From Gammaproteobacteria bacterium (GTDB lineage Bacteria > Pseudomonadota > Gammaproteobacteria > GCA-001735895): a DNA stretch of 64,000 bases. The notes beneath the pieces were generated by a model, which was not told where the DNA came from, ran no database searches, and was given only the letters and a program-made list of their open reading frames with translations. The stretch is taken from the NCBI GenBank assembly GCA_050306135.1, contig JBNLGQ010000029.1, forward strand, positions 128,585-192,584, read 5' to 3'. This document shows, piece by piece, positions 18,991 through 29,725 of this stretch. The translations under genes were made by a program, and so were the position numbers. How positions within the stretch are numbered: position 1 is the stretch's first letter; every line of letters starts with the position of its first letter.

Positions 18991-21792
18991 TTAATTTAAG
19001 GGGCTCGACTGAGCAATAACGAGTAGCTTTTTAATTTCTTTGAGCAGTTGCTCGTGAGTCTGGCTAAAGCCAATGGCGTCTTCCTCTGCCAGTGAATATT
19101 TCTGTTGCTGGTAATTGTTTAACATTCGCTCGGCGATATTGTGGATTTGAGTATGTAATAGCTGAATAGTTTTAAACTCAGCGTAATGATTATACATCCT
19201 GTCACCGTCGGTTATTAACCAGAGGCCAAAGCGGCATTTAGTATGATCCAGCTCTGGAAGTTGTGACTGTTTGCCGTTGATATAGTTCAGAGTATTGGAT
19301 ACCCAGTAACGGTGTTCTACCATCGCGAGCAATAGCTGAGGGTCACTGTTATGTATATTCTGGATGTTTTTCCAGCTAGATGGAGAAGACCAGCTGTGAC
19401 TCCAGTCAGGTATATCTTCTGCTGGCATGGGGCGGGCGATTGCATAGCCCTGAGCTAAATCACAGCCGACCATTAATAACATTTCTGCATGCTCCATGGT
19501 TTCAATACCTTCTGCAACTACATCGCGCCTGAAAGCTCGGGCGAGGCCTATGACCCCTTCGACAATAGCGAGGTCTTCTGGGTCTTCCAGCATATCGCGC
19601 ACAAAGCTACGGTCAATCTTGATAACATTGGCTGGCAGATGTTTCAGATAGGTCAGGGATGAATAGCCGGTGCCAAAGTCATCCAGGGCAAAATCTACAC
19701 CCATTTGAAGGCATTTATGCATAGTTTTTGCGACATGGACGATATCAAGAGTACTGGTTTCAAGTACTTCAATCTGCAGGCGATTAATATTAGATCTATC
19801 ATGTCTATCAAGTAACTGCTTGAGTCTTTGCACGAAGTCATCCTTTTGAATATGGTAGGCACCTATATTTATACTTACAGAAATATCCAGTCCCTGTTCA
19901 CGCCAACTCTGTAACTGATATAAGGCGTTGCTGATCACCCACTCGCCAAGGGTGACCGATAGTTGATGTTGCTCTATCAATGGCAGGAAAAATCCGGGGT
20001 CCAGCATACCCTGTTCAGGGTGATCCCAACGAATCAGGGCTTCGACACCGATGATTTTACCTGTGCGTAGATTTACCTTGGGCTGGTAGTAAAGTTTAAA
20101 TTCGTTATTTTCCAGACCCATTCGGATGCGTTCCAGTTTTTCATGTTGTCCGCGCAGATTCTGATCTTCTTCAGGGTCAAATTGATAATATTTGTTTTTA
20201 CCTTCTAGTTTGGCCCTGTACATTGCCTGATCGGCCTGTCTGAGTAGCTGATCAGCGTCAATGTCTTCCTTCTGAGGAAAACTGGTGACGCCGATACTGG
20301 CGGTTACCTGAACCTGAATATCACCTAGCTTCACGGGTTGAGCAGCGGCCAGCAGCAGCCGTTCTACTGACCTTTTACTTTCAATTTTGTCGCTGTCTAT
20401 CAAGATGGCGATAAATTCATCTCCGCCCAGGCGAGCTATGGTATCGCTTTCACGCAGGCAGTCTGACATACGCTGGGAAATGGTAATAAGTAATTGATCT
20501 CCAAGGTCATGACCGAGTGAATCATTCACCTGCTTAAAGCCATCAAGGTCGAGATAGGCAACAGTAACTGCCTGCTTTCTACGATGAGCCTGTGCGATGG
20601 CCTGTTTAAGGCGATCTGCCAGCAGCATGCGGTTTGGTAATCCGGTTAAGGAGTCATAGTGCGCAATCTGTTCCAGTTGTTTTTGATGCTCAATCTGAGA
20701 AGTGATATCAGAAAACAAAGCCACGAAGTGCTGAATTTCTTCGTTTGTATCCTTTACAGCACTAATGGTTAGCAGTTCGACCACTGTTTCACCATTCTTT
20801 CTTCGGTTCCAGATTTGTCCGGTCCAGTGCCCATGATGGTTAAGGTTTTTCCACATGTTGAGATAAAAATTCTTTGTATGTTTACCCGATTGCATAAAAC
20901 GTGGGTTTTTTCCAACCACTTCATCCCGGCTGTATCCCGTGATTGTGGTAAAGGCTTCATTAACATCAATGATATTGGCTTTAATATCTGTTATGACGAT
21001 ACCTTCTCTGGCGTGGGTAAAAACACTGGCTGCAAGCTTCATCTGATTTTCAGCAATCAGCCGCTGTTCATTTTCCCAGGCAAGCTGGATATTGGCCTGT
21101 TTCTGTTTCTGTTGTTCATTACTGATTTCCTGAGTCATATGATTAAAGCATTCAGCCAGCTGACTCAGCTCATCTTTAGAGGTTACCGGTGCTCTTATAT
21201 TCAGATTTCCTTTACTGGCCAGGTTTGCAGCACGCATCAGGTTTTTGATTGGTCGAAGTACGCTGATGTGGAAAATGATAAAAATAATTGTGGCTAGAAA
21301 GATGATGATGGCCAGATCGATGATGAGTAGATTAAGCAGGTTCTCATTGTTCAGGTTAAGCAGGCGGCTACGGTCAACAGCAATAATCAATTCGCCCAGT
21401 AAGTCAGCACCATCTTTAATAGGAAATTTGTAGATGTCGAGATGACGAAAATCCTTATTGCTCTCTATCAGTTTCTCTATTTGCTGTAATGACAATCCAT
21501 TAGGGGACGCTGTGGTCATCGCTATTCCATCTTTATTTCTTATCATCGCGAAATTGATATCTACATCACTGGCTATTCGTTCGACATATTGATCCAGGGT
21601 AGTGATATCAAAAGAGTAAATGGGTTTAGGGCTGATCAGTGTAATAAAGTTACCCAATGAGTTAGCTTTATCATTCAACCCTTCAATAAGAAGTTTCTGC
21701 TGTGACTGGTACAGGTACAGGGCTGTTGAAAGCAATGTAATCACCAGCACAATAGAGATTGCTGAAACGAACTTAAAACGTAATCCATGCAT
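18991..21792 (-). CDS. Membrane c-di-GMP enzyme: TM-HAMP-PAS-GGDEF-EAL-CZB
   Basis: Two TMs, HAMP, PAS (GKNPRFMQSG), intact RLGGDEF with RESD I-site, EALIRW/DDFGTGYSS, C-terminal H..HTKCRFG.W..H..H zinc domain; ATG 21792 preferred over TTG 21813. Confidence 0.88.
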   Translation of the reverse strand: MHGLRFKFVSAISIVLVITLLSTALYLYQSQQKLLIEGLNDKANSLGNFITLISPKPIYSFDITTLDQYVERIASDVDINFAMIRNKDGIAMTTASPNGLSLQQIEKLIESNKDFRHLDIYKFPIKDGADLLGELIIAVDRSRLLNLNNENLLNLLIIDLAIIIFLATIIFIIFHISVLRPIKNLMRAANLASKGNLNIRAPVTSKDELSQLAECFNHMTQEISNEQQKQKQANIQLAWENEQRLIAENQMKLAASVFTHAREGIVITDIKANIIDVNEAFTTITGYSRDEVVGKNPRFMQSGKHTKNFYLNMWKNLNHHGHWTGQIWNRRKNGETVVELLTISAVKDTNEEIQHFVALFSDITSQIEHQKQLEQIAHYDSLTGLPNRMLLADRLKQAIAQAHRRKQAVTVAYLDLDGFKQVNDSLGHDLGDQLLITISQRMSDCLRESDTIARLGGDEFIAILIDSDKIESKRSVERLLLAAAQPVKLGDIQVQVTASIGVTSFPQKEDIDADQLLRQADQAMYRAKLEGKNKYYQFDPEEDQNLRGQHEKLERIRMGLENNEFKLYYQPKVNLRTGKIIGVEALIRWDHPEQGMLDPGFFLPLIEQHQLSVTLGEWVISNALYQLQSWREQGLDISVSINIGAYHIQKDDFVQRLKQLLDRHDRSNINRLQIEVLETSTLDIVHVAKTMHKCLQMGVDFALDDFGTGYSSLTYLKHLPANVIKIDRSFVRDMLEDPEDLAIVEGVIGLARAFRRDVVAEGIETMEHAEMLLMVGCDLAQGYAIARPMPAEDIPDWSHSWSSPSSWKNIQNIHNSDPQLLLAMVEHRYWVSNTLNYINGKQSQLPELDHTKCRFGLWLITDGDRMYNHYAEFKTIQLLHTQIHNIAERMLNNYQQQKYSLAEEDAIGFSQTHEQLLKEIKKLLVIAQSSPLN

Positions 21793-21796
21793 AATT

Positions 21797-22699
21797 TTAT
21801 TTGAGCTTTTCAACCTGATGCACGCTCTTTGAAGTGGTTTCTACGAAATTTATTATTTCTCGGTGTGGGTTATAGTCTTCATCGGTTGCCGGGTTAAACG
21901 CACTAAGCTTTGCCGCCTGTAAAACCTTTCGGCCAGCTTCGCTGTGCTTAAGACCGAGTAGTAGCTCTTTGATTTGCTGCTTTATATCGTCGTCTAGCTC
22001 ATGTTTTATAGCCCAGGGCAGATGAGCCATAGAGTCGCTAACAGCCAAAGCTTTTAACTCGCTGGTATCAATTTTTTTGGTAACTACCGGAAGCCTTGTT
22101 GCCATCTCACCGGCACCACATGCAACCACCTGCCTGGTATAGGTTGCGAGTATTGAGTTTGGTGGGTTGGTTGCAAACAGAGAGGTGAAATCAGAGGGCT
22201 GTAATCCCGCTTTAGCCAATAAATATCGGGGCACGATATAGCTCATCATGGCTTCTTTTCCACCACCGAAGAGTATGCTTTTACCTCGTAATTGTTGTAA
22301 AGACTCCAGGCCTGAATCCTTGCGTACATAAATCCCTCCTCGAATATTTTCTTCACCGAATTCTTCATTCTGTACCAATATGTCGTAATTCAGTCTGTCA
22401 TGAGCCTTGACATAATGGTATTGATTAAAGTGCACAAGGTCGTAGCGGCGCAGTTGCATATTTTTTCGAAATGTATCGAAGTTAGCTGAAGCTTCAAGAG
22501 TGAATTTAAACTGAGTATGTTGTTGCAGATAGTTTTTTAACGGTTTAAATAAACGCATGGTCAGTGCGGCGTCTCGGCGTGGAAAGATTCCAATAACCAA
22601 CGTTTTTGACTCACTTTTTGATACTGCTAAAGTTTCACATTGGGCCAGAGGGATGTGAGCAATGAATAATAGAAGAAATAGGATAGGAAGTTTAATCAT
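21797..22699 (-). CDS. PhnD/SsuA-type periplasmic substrate-binding protein
   Basis: Signal peptide from ATG 22699 (MIKLPILFLLLFIAHIPLAQC); SLQQLRGKSILFG...S.MSYIVP PhnD-like pattern; no permease nearby. Confidence 0.75.
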   Translation of the reverse strand: MIKLPILFLLLFIAHIPLAQCETLAVSKSESKTLVIGIFPRRDAALTMRLFKPLKNYLQQHTQFKFTLEASANFDTFRKNMQLRRYDLVHFNQYHYVKAHDRLNYDILVQNEEFGEENIRGGIYVRKDSGLESLQQLRGKSILFGGGKEAMMSYIVPRYLLAKAGLQPSDFTSLFATNPPNSILATYTRQVVACGAGEMATRLPVVTKKIDTSELKALAVSDSMAHLPWAIKHELDDDIKQQIKELLLGLKHSEAGRKVLQAAKLSAFNPATDEDYNPHREIINFVETTSKSVHQVEKLK

Positions 22700-22881
22700 G
22701 AGTAATTCACACTGCGATAAACAAGATTTTAGAGCCTCTGCGGTACAGCTATCAGGATTTTTTTGATGGTTTTTGAGTATAGTACAGATTGACATGTGTA
22801 CCGGCTGAATTTGGTCAACTCAAAGCCGGCTCTTTAAATCTGTACGGTTTATATAAACAACTCAGTTTAGTACTGAAGTTG

Positions 22882-23562
22882 TTATGAGCTTATTTCTGCA
22901 GCTTCTACGCCGATAGTTTGTGCAGTCGAAATCATGCGTTGTTCGATGAGATTCTTACCCACGATTAATAGCGCTAAGCCAAAAAATGCTCCTGGTGGTA
23001 GCACTGCTACTAGAAAACCGCGGTAATCCTGAAACAGGGTAACTGTCAGAATACTGGCGGCATCTCCAAACATGATGTCAGCCTGAGCGAAAACAGTACC
23101 AAAGCCGATGATTTCTCTCATCATGCCAAGTACCGTCAGTACTAGTAAAAAGCCAAGCCCCATCATGAATCCATCAAGTGCAGATACGCCTACCGGGTTG
23201 CGTGATGCAAACCCTTCTGCTCTGCCAATGATGGAACAATTGGTGACGATTAGTGGGATAAAGATGCCTAATACCAGATACAGTTCGTAAAACCAGGCTT
23301 TCATGATCAATTCGATGATCGTTACAATTGAAGCGATAATGAGTACAAATACGGGTAGTCTGACTTCCTGTCTGACTACATCGCGTATCAGGGAAACCAG
23401 TGAATTGGATATTACCAGTGTCATCATTGTGGCCAGGCCTAGACCTATGCCGTTGATAGTGGTGCTGGTGACTGCCAGCAGTGGGCACAGGCCGAGTAGC
23501 TGCACCAGAGCGACATTGTTTTTCCACAAGCCATTGCGTGTGATTTCGCTTTTGCTGTTCAT
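22882..23562 (-). CDS. rnfE: Rnf electron transport complex subunit E
   Basis: QLLGLCPLLAVT and FIPLIVTNC motifs. Confidence 0.95.
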   Translation of the reverse strand: MNSKSEITRNGLWKNNVALVQLLGLCPLLAVTSTTINGIGLGLATMMTLVISNSLVSLIRDVVRQEVRLPVFVLIIASIVTIIELIMKAWFYELYLVLGIFIPLIVTNCSIIGRAEGFASRNPVGVSALDGFMMGLGFLLVLTVLGMMREIIGFGTVFAQADIMFGDAASILTVTLFQDYRGFLVAVLPPGAFFGLALLIVGKNLIEQRMISTAQTIGVEAAEISS

Positions 23563-24188
23563 TGGAAGAGTTTCTCACGGTTAGCCTGAAAATAATCCAG
23601 AGTATTCTTAACGGCTTTGACAATGGCTCTTGGCGTGATGGTTGCACCTGTAATCTGGTCGAAATCACCGCCATCGCGTTTTACTTTCCATTTTTCTATG
23701 CCCGGGTTGTGTAGCGATTTGCCATCAAATCCCAGAATCCAGTTGGACTTGCGTGCTTCTATTCCATCGCCCAGTCCAGGGGTTTCGTTATGCTTAACGG
23801 CTCTCACACCCGCCAGCGTTCCATCGTAGTAAACGGCTATCAGCAGATATATTTTGCCGTTGTAGCCATCTGGTGCGATGGCATTGAATATGGCGGCCAC
23901 CGGCTCGCCATTTTTGCGAGCCCTGTACACAATGCTGGGTTTTTCAGTACCCAGCCGCGCGGAAGGTGCGACCTCCAGAGTATCCTGAGCAATATCGTTA
24001 TCGAGTTTTTCCTGAGGGATTAATATGTAGAGATTTCTCAGTAAAACCATACGTTCATTAGCGGCAATTTGTTCCTCTGTTCCAACCTGTGTGAAGGCCA
24101 CCAGCGAGGTGCCAACGACGGCAAAAAGCCATAACAGGAATCCTGAGATAACGATCTGTACAAATTTGCTGTTAAGTTCTATTTGCAT
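23559..24188 (-). CDS. rnfG: Rnf subunit G
   Basis: HNETPGLGD and FMN-binding DQITGATITPRA motif. Confidence 0.95.
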   Translation of the reverse strand: MQIELNSKFVQIVISGFLLWLFAVVGTSLVAFTQVGTEEQIAANERMVLLRNLYILIPQEKLDNDIAQDTLEVAPSARLGTEKPSIVYRARKNGEPVAAIFNAIAPDGYNGKIYLLIAVYYDGTLAGVRAVKHNETPGLGDGIEARKSNWILGFDGKSLHNPGIEKWKVKRDGGDFDQITGATITPRAIVKAVKNTLDYFQANREKLFQ

Positions 24189-25219
24189 TAGTGATCTTCC
24201 GGAGGCTTAACGCCGAAAACACGGGGCTGAGTGTAATAATCGATAAGAGGAACTGTCATATTGGCTAATAGAACGGCAAAGGCGACACCATCGGGATAGC
24301 CTCCCCAACTGCGAATGATGTAAACCAGAACCCCAATCATAAAGCCATAAATCAGACGCCCTTTTTTAGTGGTTGAAGCTGTTACCGGATCAGTGGCAAT
24401 AAAGAAAGCCCCCAGCATGATCCCTCCTGAGAACAGGTGAAAGCCCGGTGAGGCGACACTATCAGGATTGACCACATAAAACAGGGTAGCAATCAGTAGT
24501 AAACCAAAAATCATTGCTACCGGAATATGCCAGCGGATCGTTTTGGTGAATAGGAGATAGATACCTCCGATAAACCACCAGTTGGCTATCCATTCCCAGC
24601 CTACGCCTGCAAAATCGCCGAATACGGGTGATTGTTTGATTTCGCTAACCATCATATTCAGGCCCAGATTAGTCTTGAACTGATCCAGTGGAGTAGCTGA
24701 TGTTAATGCATCCCATTGTTGCATGTCGACCAGACCCAGAGTGTAACTAAAAGCCTGTGCCAGATTGAGAGAATCACCACTAATCTGTATCGGCAGAAAC
24801 CAGTTGGTCATGTCCTTGGGGAAGGAAATCAATAGCACTACATAACCCACCATGGCCGGGTTAAAAGGATTAAAGCCTAATCCCCCATACAGGTGTTTGC
24901 CGGCTATCATGGCAAACCCTATACCTACCGCTATTAACCACCAGGGGCTATGCATAGGGATACACAGGGCCAATAACCAGGCGGTGACCACTGCGCTGTA
25001 ATCTGAAAGGTAAGGTTTAAGCGGACGTTTACGTAGCAGCAGGATTATCGTTTCAAATAACAATGCAAACCCGATAGCGAATACCAGGTTAACAATAAGT
25101 CCAACGCCAAAATACCAGATATACGCCACTGAGCCTGGAATCAGCGCAATGATCACATTCAACATCATGCGGTTGATGCGAGCAGATGGGGAAATGAATG
25201 GAGAAGATATCAGGCTCAT
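24188..25219 (-). CDS. rnfD: Rnf subunit D
   Basis: KHLYGGLGFNPFNPAM, DALTSATPL and FFIATDPVT motifs. Confidence 0.95.
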   Translation of the reverse strand: MSLISSPFISPSARINRMMLNVIIALIPGSVAYIWYFGVGLIVNLVFAIGFALLFETIILLLRKRPLKPYLSDYSAVVTAWLLALCIPMHSPWWLIAVGIGFAMIAGKHLYGGLGFNPFNPAMVGYVVLLISFPKDMTNWFLPIQISGDSLNLAQAFSYTLGLVDMQQWDALTSATPLDQFKTNLGLNMMVSEIKQSPVFGDFAGVGWEWIANWWFIGGIYLLFTKTIRWHIPVAMIFGLLLIATLFYVVNPDSVASPGFHLFSGGIMLGAFFIATDPVTASTTKKGRLIYGFMIGVLVYIIRSWGGYPDGVAFAVLLANMTVPLIDYYTQPRVFGVKPPEDH

Positions 25220-26880
25220 GGATTTTCCGGTTTGTTGCTGTTTCGACGAGCCTCGGCTTCATCAATCTGGCGTTGTTGAGCTGGCGTAAGATTCTCGATA
25301 TTTTTGGGTTTTACCGCCTGCTGGCTTTTGCGTGCTTTAACACGTTCCAGCGCAGCCTGTACCGCATCAGCAGTAGGCGAAGAGGTGGCTTCAGTATTTG
25401 CGGTTTCTGACTTAGCCTGTTGTTCGGTCTGTTTCTTCTTATCAAGCGCTTCACGCCTTTCACGTCGGCGCTCTTCATCCTGCATCTTTTGCTTGAGGAT
25501 GCGAGCTTCGCGAAATTCATGGCGTTTACGTGCACGATCAGACTGGTAGGTTTTCTTGCGTTGCTCCCAGATTTCACTCTTGGAGAATCGATAATATTGC
25601 ACCAGAGGGATATGGCTGGGACATACCGCTGAACAACATCCACATTCAATACAGTCGAATAAATGATATTGCTCAGATAATTCAAACTGTCTTGAACGGC
25701 TGTGCCAGTAAAGCTGCTGCGGAAGTAAATTCACCGGACACACTTCAGCACATTGACCACAGCGTACACATTCAGTCGCCTCGGGCTGGTCGAGTTTATC
25801 GAGCACAAGAATGGTGTTGGTGGCTTTTACTACCGGAATCTGGTCGCTATGCAAGGGCAGCCCCATCATTGGTCCACCCATAATCAGTAAGGGCTTATCC
25901 ACTTTATAGCCACCAGCGAGTTCTATCAGATGACTGATTGGAGTACCTATTGCGACATGCCAGTTACCAGGATTTTTGATGCCAGGCCCGGTCACTGTGA
26001 CAATACGCGAAGTGAGTCGCAGGTTCTCATCAATGGCATCTGCAATGGCAGCACAGGTACCCACATTTTGTGTTAGAAAGCCAATCTTGAAGGAGAGTTC
26101 ACCACTTAATACCTCGCGTCCGGTGAGTACCTTAATCAGCTGCCTTTCTCCCCCTGAAGGATAGAGTGTGGGAATAGATATAACCTGTGTATCAGCCAGC
26201 TCAAGCTCTTTCAATGCTTTACGCATGGCCTTAATAGCAGCGGGCTTGTTGTCTTCAATGCCAATCAAAGTTTGCTGGGGCTTGAGCAGGTTTTGTAAAA
26301 TCTGGATACCACGCATCACTTTGGGGGCATCGTGTTGCATCAGGATATCATCACAGGTGATATAGGGTTCGCATTCGGCGCCATTGATCACCAGAGTTTC
26401 TATCCGATGCTGTATCGCGGTTTCCAGTTTGGCGGCGGTAGGAAAGACCGCCCCCCCCAGACCCACAATGCCGCATTGTCGAATACGCTCCAGTATGTCT
26501 TGCGTACTGAGGTCAGAATTAACTGATTTACTACTGTTGATGTGGCTGTCGGTGCCATAGGGTTGAATAACAATACACAGGTCGGTTTGACCAGAAGGGT
26601 GTGCTATAGGTCGATCTTCAATTGCGGTGATGACACCTGAGGCTGGCGAATGGACCGGAGCACTGACAAACTCTATGGTTTCAGCCAATAACTGTCCTTT
26701 TTTGACGGACTGGCCAACCTTAACCAGAGGGCTGTTCGGTTCCCCAATGTGTTGACTGACGCGCACAATGATTTCATTCGGCAGGCTGGCAATTTGGATT
26801 TCACCACCCAGTGATTCCTTTTTGTGGTCCTCAAGATGTAGACCGCCATGAAACTTAAATGACCCTGGATTACCCGACAT
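25216..26880 (-). CDS. rnfC: Rnf subunit C
   Basis: Start at ATG 26880 ([13 protein letters not shown]); [24 protein letters not shown] and CIECGCC motifs; charged C-terminal tail. Confidence 0.94.
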   Translation of the reverse strand: MSGNPGSFKFHGGLHLEDHKKESLGGEIQIASLPNEIIVRVSQHIGEPNSPLVKVGQSVKKGQLLAETIEFVSAPVHSPASGVITAIEDRPIAHPSGQTDLCIVIQPYGTDSHINSSKSVNSDLSTQDILERIRQCGIVGLGGAVFPTAAKLETAIQHRIETLVINGAECEPYITCDDILMQHDAPKVMRGIQILQNLLKPQQTLIGIEDNKPAAIKAMRKALKELELADTQVISIPTLYPSGGERQLIKVLTGREVLSGELSFKIGFLTQNVGTCAAIADAIDENLRLTSRIVTVTGPGIKNPGNWHVAIGTPISHLIELAGGYKVDKPLLIMGGPMMGLPLHSDQIPVVKATNTILVLDKLDQPEATECVRCGQCAEVCPVNLLPQQLYWHSRSRQFELSEQYHLFDCIECGCCSAVCPSHIPLVQYYRFSKSEIWEQRKKTYQSDRARKRHEFREARILKQKMQDEERRRERREALDKKKQTEQQAKSETANTEATSSPTADAVQAALERVKARKSQQAVKPKNIENLTPAQQRQIDEAEARRNSNKPENP

Positions 26881-27433
26881 GCTGCCCTCCTGCGGTGTCT
26901 GGTGCGGACCATTTCCAGTCTGCCAGGGTTCGCTTGACCGGAACCATGGCAATACAGTCGACCGGGCAGGGTGGCAGGCAGAGTTCACAGCCAGTACATT
27001 CATTGGCGATAATGGTGTGCATATGTTTTGCCGACCCCAGTATGGCATCTACAGGACAGGCCTGGATGCAGAGTGTACAACCGATGCAGGTTTGTTCGTC
27101 GATATGAGCTACGGTAGGGACGTCTTTGTGTTCACCGTGTTCAGCGCTGAGTTCTAACACCTCAACATCCAGCAGGTCTGCCAGCATAACTATGGTGTTC
27201 TGACCACCGGGAGGGCATTGGTTGATTGGAGCTTCTCCATTAGCGATAGCTTCTGCGTAGGGGCGGCAGCCTGCAAAACCACACTGGCCGCACTGGGTTT
27301 GTGGCAGGATCGCATCGATTTGTTCAACAATAGGGTTGCCTTCAACCTTGAAACGAATAGCCGCGTAGCCAAGAATCAGGCCGAAGCTTCCGGCTATAAA
27401 ACTGAGAGTGAATACGGCAATAAGGACTAACAT
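26870..27433 (-). CDS. rnfB: Rnf subunit B
   Basis: [20 protein letters not shown] and two CxxCxxCxxxCP motifs. Confidence 0.95.
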   Translation of the reverse strand: MLVLIAVFTLSFIAGSFGLILGYAAIRFKVEGNPIVEQIDAILPQTQCGQCGFAGCRPYAEAIANGEAPINQCPPGGQNTIVMLADLLDVEVLELSAEHGEHKDVPTVAHIDEQTCIGCTLCIQACPVDAILGSAKHMHTIIANECTGCELCLPPCPVDCIAMVPVKRTLADWKWSAPDTAGGQHVG

Positions 27434-28014
27434 TAGACTTTGACTAAGCCGCTGAGGCCCATAAAAGCGAGAGACATCAGACCTGCAGTGATGAGCCCAA
27501 TGGCTGCACCCTGAAAAGGCACCGGCACATCGGCAACATTGACACGCTCGCGCATAGCGGCAAACAAGATGAGTACCATAGAAAATCCAGCAGCAGCACC
27601 AAATCCATATACCGCTGATTCCAGAAAACTATGTTGTTGCTGGATATTGAGTAAAGCGACACCAAGCACTGCACAGTTGGTAGTAATCAAGGGCAGAAAA
27701 ATACCGAGTACATTGTGTAGTAAAGGACTGGTTTTGTGCACCACCATTTCAGTGAAGTTAACCACTGCTGCAATGGTGATAATAAAGGCAATGGTTCGTA
27801 GAAATTCCAGATCCAGAGGCGCCAGAATCCAGCTATCTACCATATAACTCAGTATGGAAGATAGTGTGAGTACAAAGGTGGTTGCCAGGCTCATGCCTAT
27901 GGCTGTTTCCACTTTGCGAGATACACCCATGAAAGGGCATAGGCCAAGAAATTTTACCAGCACGATATTATTTACAAAGATCGTACTGATCAGTATTAGC
28001 AGGTATTCAGTCAT
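27433..28014 (-). CDS. rnfA: Rnf subunit A
   Basis: [11 protein letters not shown] and [13 protein letters not shown] motifs. Confidence 0.95.
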   Translation of the reverse strand: MTEYLLILISTIFVNNIVLVKFLGLCPFMGVSRKVETAIGMSLATTFVLTLSSILSYMVDSWILAPLDLEFLRTIAFIITIAAVVNFTEMVVHKTSPLLHNVLGIFLPLITTNCAVLGVALLNIQQQHSFLESAVYGFGAAAGFSMVLILFAAMRERVNVADVPVPFQGAAIGLITAGLMSLAFMGLSGLVKV

Positions 28015-28095
28015 GTAGAGATTATACTTGCGGGTATGCTCTCTGCATACCCTTGGCTTAGTGTGGCAATATGAGGCACATCAATAGAGTGCAGT

Positions 28096-28133
28096 AAAAA
28101 AGCCGATAGATGGATTGAATCTATCGGCTTTTT
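28096..28133 (-). terminator. Rho-independent terminator after trpB
   Basis: aaaaaagccgataga-N9-tctatcggcttttt. Confidence 0.85.
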
Positions 28134-28138
28134 ATGGG

Positions 28139-29338
28139 TTATAGACCAAGCTTGTTAGCTACAAAATCAGCATCCTTGTCACCACGGCCTGATAGATTGA
28201 TCAGGATGCTCTGGTCACTGGACATGTCAGCTGCAATACGCATGGCGTAAGCAACGGCATGAGCACTTTCCAGTGCAGGGATGATGCCTTCCATACGTGA
28301 TAAGGTCATAAAGGCATCCAGGCATTCGTTATCATCTGCTGAGACATATTCAACGCGCTTGATATCTTTAAGATAGCAATGCTGAGGGCCAACACCTGGA
28401 TAATCCAGCCCAGAAGCAATGGAATACACTGGTAGTGGGTTACCTTCATCATCCTGCAGGTTGTAACACTCAAAACCGTGGATAGTGCCTTTCTTACCCA
28501 GTGTTAGGGTGGCTGCATGATCGGGAGTATCCAGCCCTTTGCCTGCTGGTTCTACGCCAACCATCCTGACGCCTTCATCTTCCAGAAAAGCAGTGAATAA
28601 ACCAATGGCATTAGAGCCGCCGCCCACACAGGCAGTGACGATGTCGGGAAGTTTGCCTTGCTTGTCTAAGAACTGAGCACGAGCTTCATGTCCAACAATA
28701 CTTTGAAAGTCACGAACCATCTTGGGAAAAGGATGTGGACCAACTACTGAGCCAATGGCATAGAAAAAATTGACCGGGTCTTTCAGGTATTCTTCAAATG
28801 CGCTGTCTACGGCGTCTTTCAGGGTTTTTGTGCCGCGAGTAACAGGGACCAGTTTACAACCCAGAATCTTCATCTTGGTGACATTCGGGTGTTCTTTTTC
28901 GATATCGATCTGGCCCATGTGAATTTCACAGTCGATGCCAACCAGCGCGCAGGCTGTGGCAAGTGCAACACCATGCTGCCCTGCGCCGGTTTCAGCCAGT
29001 ACCTTGGTCTTGCCCATATGCTTGGCAAGTAATGCTTCACCCAGACAGTGATTGATTTTATGTGCGCCAGTGTGATTCAAATCTTCTCTTTTCAGAAAAA
29101 TACGTGCACCACCCAGTTTTTCGGACAGTCGTCTGGCGTAGTAAATCGGGCTTGGACGTCCGACATAATCAACATTCAGTGAGGACAGTTCCTGGATAAA
29201 GGCCTCGGTCTGGCTGACCTGGTCGTAGGCATCATTGATGTCATCCATGATCTGTTTTAATTCAGGTGGTATTACCTGACCACCATATTCTCCAAAGTAA
29301 CCCTGTTGATCGGGCATAGGGGCAAATTCGTATGTCAT
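28139..29338 (-). CDS. trpB: Tryptophan synthase beta subunit (stand-alone copy)
   Basis: [14 protein letters not shown] (PLP lysine), [19 protein letters not shown] and NLSGRGDKD motifs. Confidence 0.95.
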   Translation of the reverse strand: MTYEFAPMPDQQGYFGEYGGQVIPPELKQIMDDINDAYDQVSQTEAFIQELSSLNVDYVGRPSPIYYARRLSEKLGGARIFLKREDLNHTGAHKINHCLGEALLAKHMGKTKVLAETGAGQHGVALATACALVGIDCEIHMGQIDIEKEHPNVTKMKILGCKLVPVTRGTKTLKDAVDSAFEEYLKDPVNFFYAIGSVVGPHPFPKMVRDFQSIVGHEARAQFLDKQGKLPDIVTACVGGGSNAIGLFTAFLEDEGVRMVGVEPAGKGLDTPDHAATLTLGKKGTIHGFECYNLQDDEGNPLPVYSIASGLDYPGVGPQHCYLKDIKRVEYVSADDNECLDAFMTLSRMEGIIPALESAHAVAYAMRIAADMSSDQSILINLSGRGDKDADFVANKLGL

Positions 29339-29547
29339 GATTTTTCCTTGATTAGCGTTAAACGGTTTTCAAATCAATATTTTTAGCTCAGTTATTGTGC
29401 GTCTGTCATGCTTTTGTAGCAAAGGCTGGGCAATAATAGGGCAAAACAGGGGGTGATTGAACGGCATACAGTGAAAATTTGTGTTTGTTAGCATATTAAG
29501 TTCAAAATTTAATGGTCAAGTTAGCCTGTCCGTCGGAGGAAGTTAAT

Positions 29548-29709
29548 ATGAACATCTCTTTACACAGCAGATTAGGAACAGATAGCATTATCAGGAATGA
29601 TCATTATTCCTCAAATCACGCATCAGCGGTTTGGCGTGTTTTATTAGCGGTGCTGGTAGTAACAAATAGTTTGCTGTTATTTTTTCTGTATCTATATGAC
29701 GTCATTTAA
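29548..29709 (+). CDS. Small single-TM hypothetical protein (53 aa)
   Basis: GGAGGA 7 nt before ATG 29548; hydrophobic C-terminal VLLAVLVVTNSLLLFFLYLY. Confidence 0.5.
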   Translation: MNISLHSRLGTDSIIRNDHYSSNHASAVWRVLLAVLVVTNSLLLFFLYLYDVI

Positions 29710-29725
29710 TAAGGAATAGATCAGG

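Noticed and set aside
26881-27048. N-terminal 56-aa extension of RnfC in the ORF track
   Set aside because: Overlaps rnfB in another frame; RnfC similarity begins at ATG 26880
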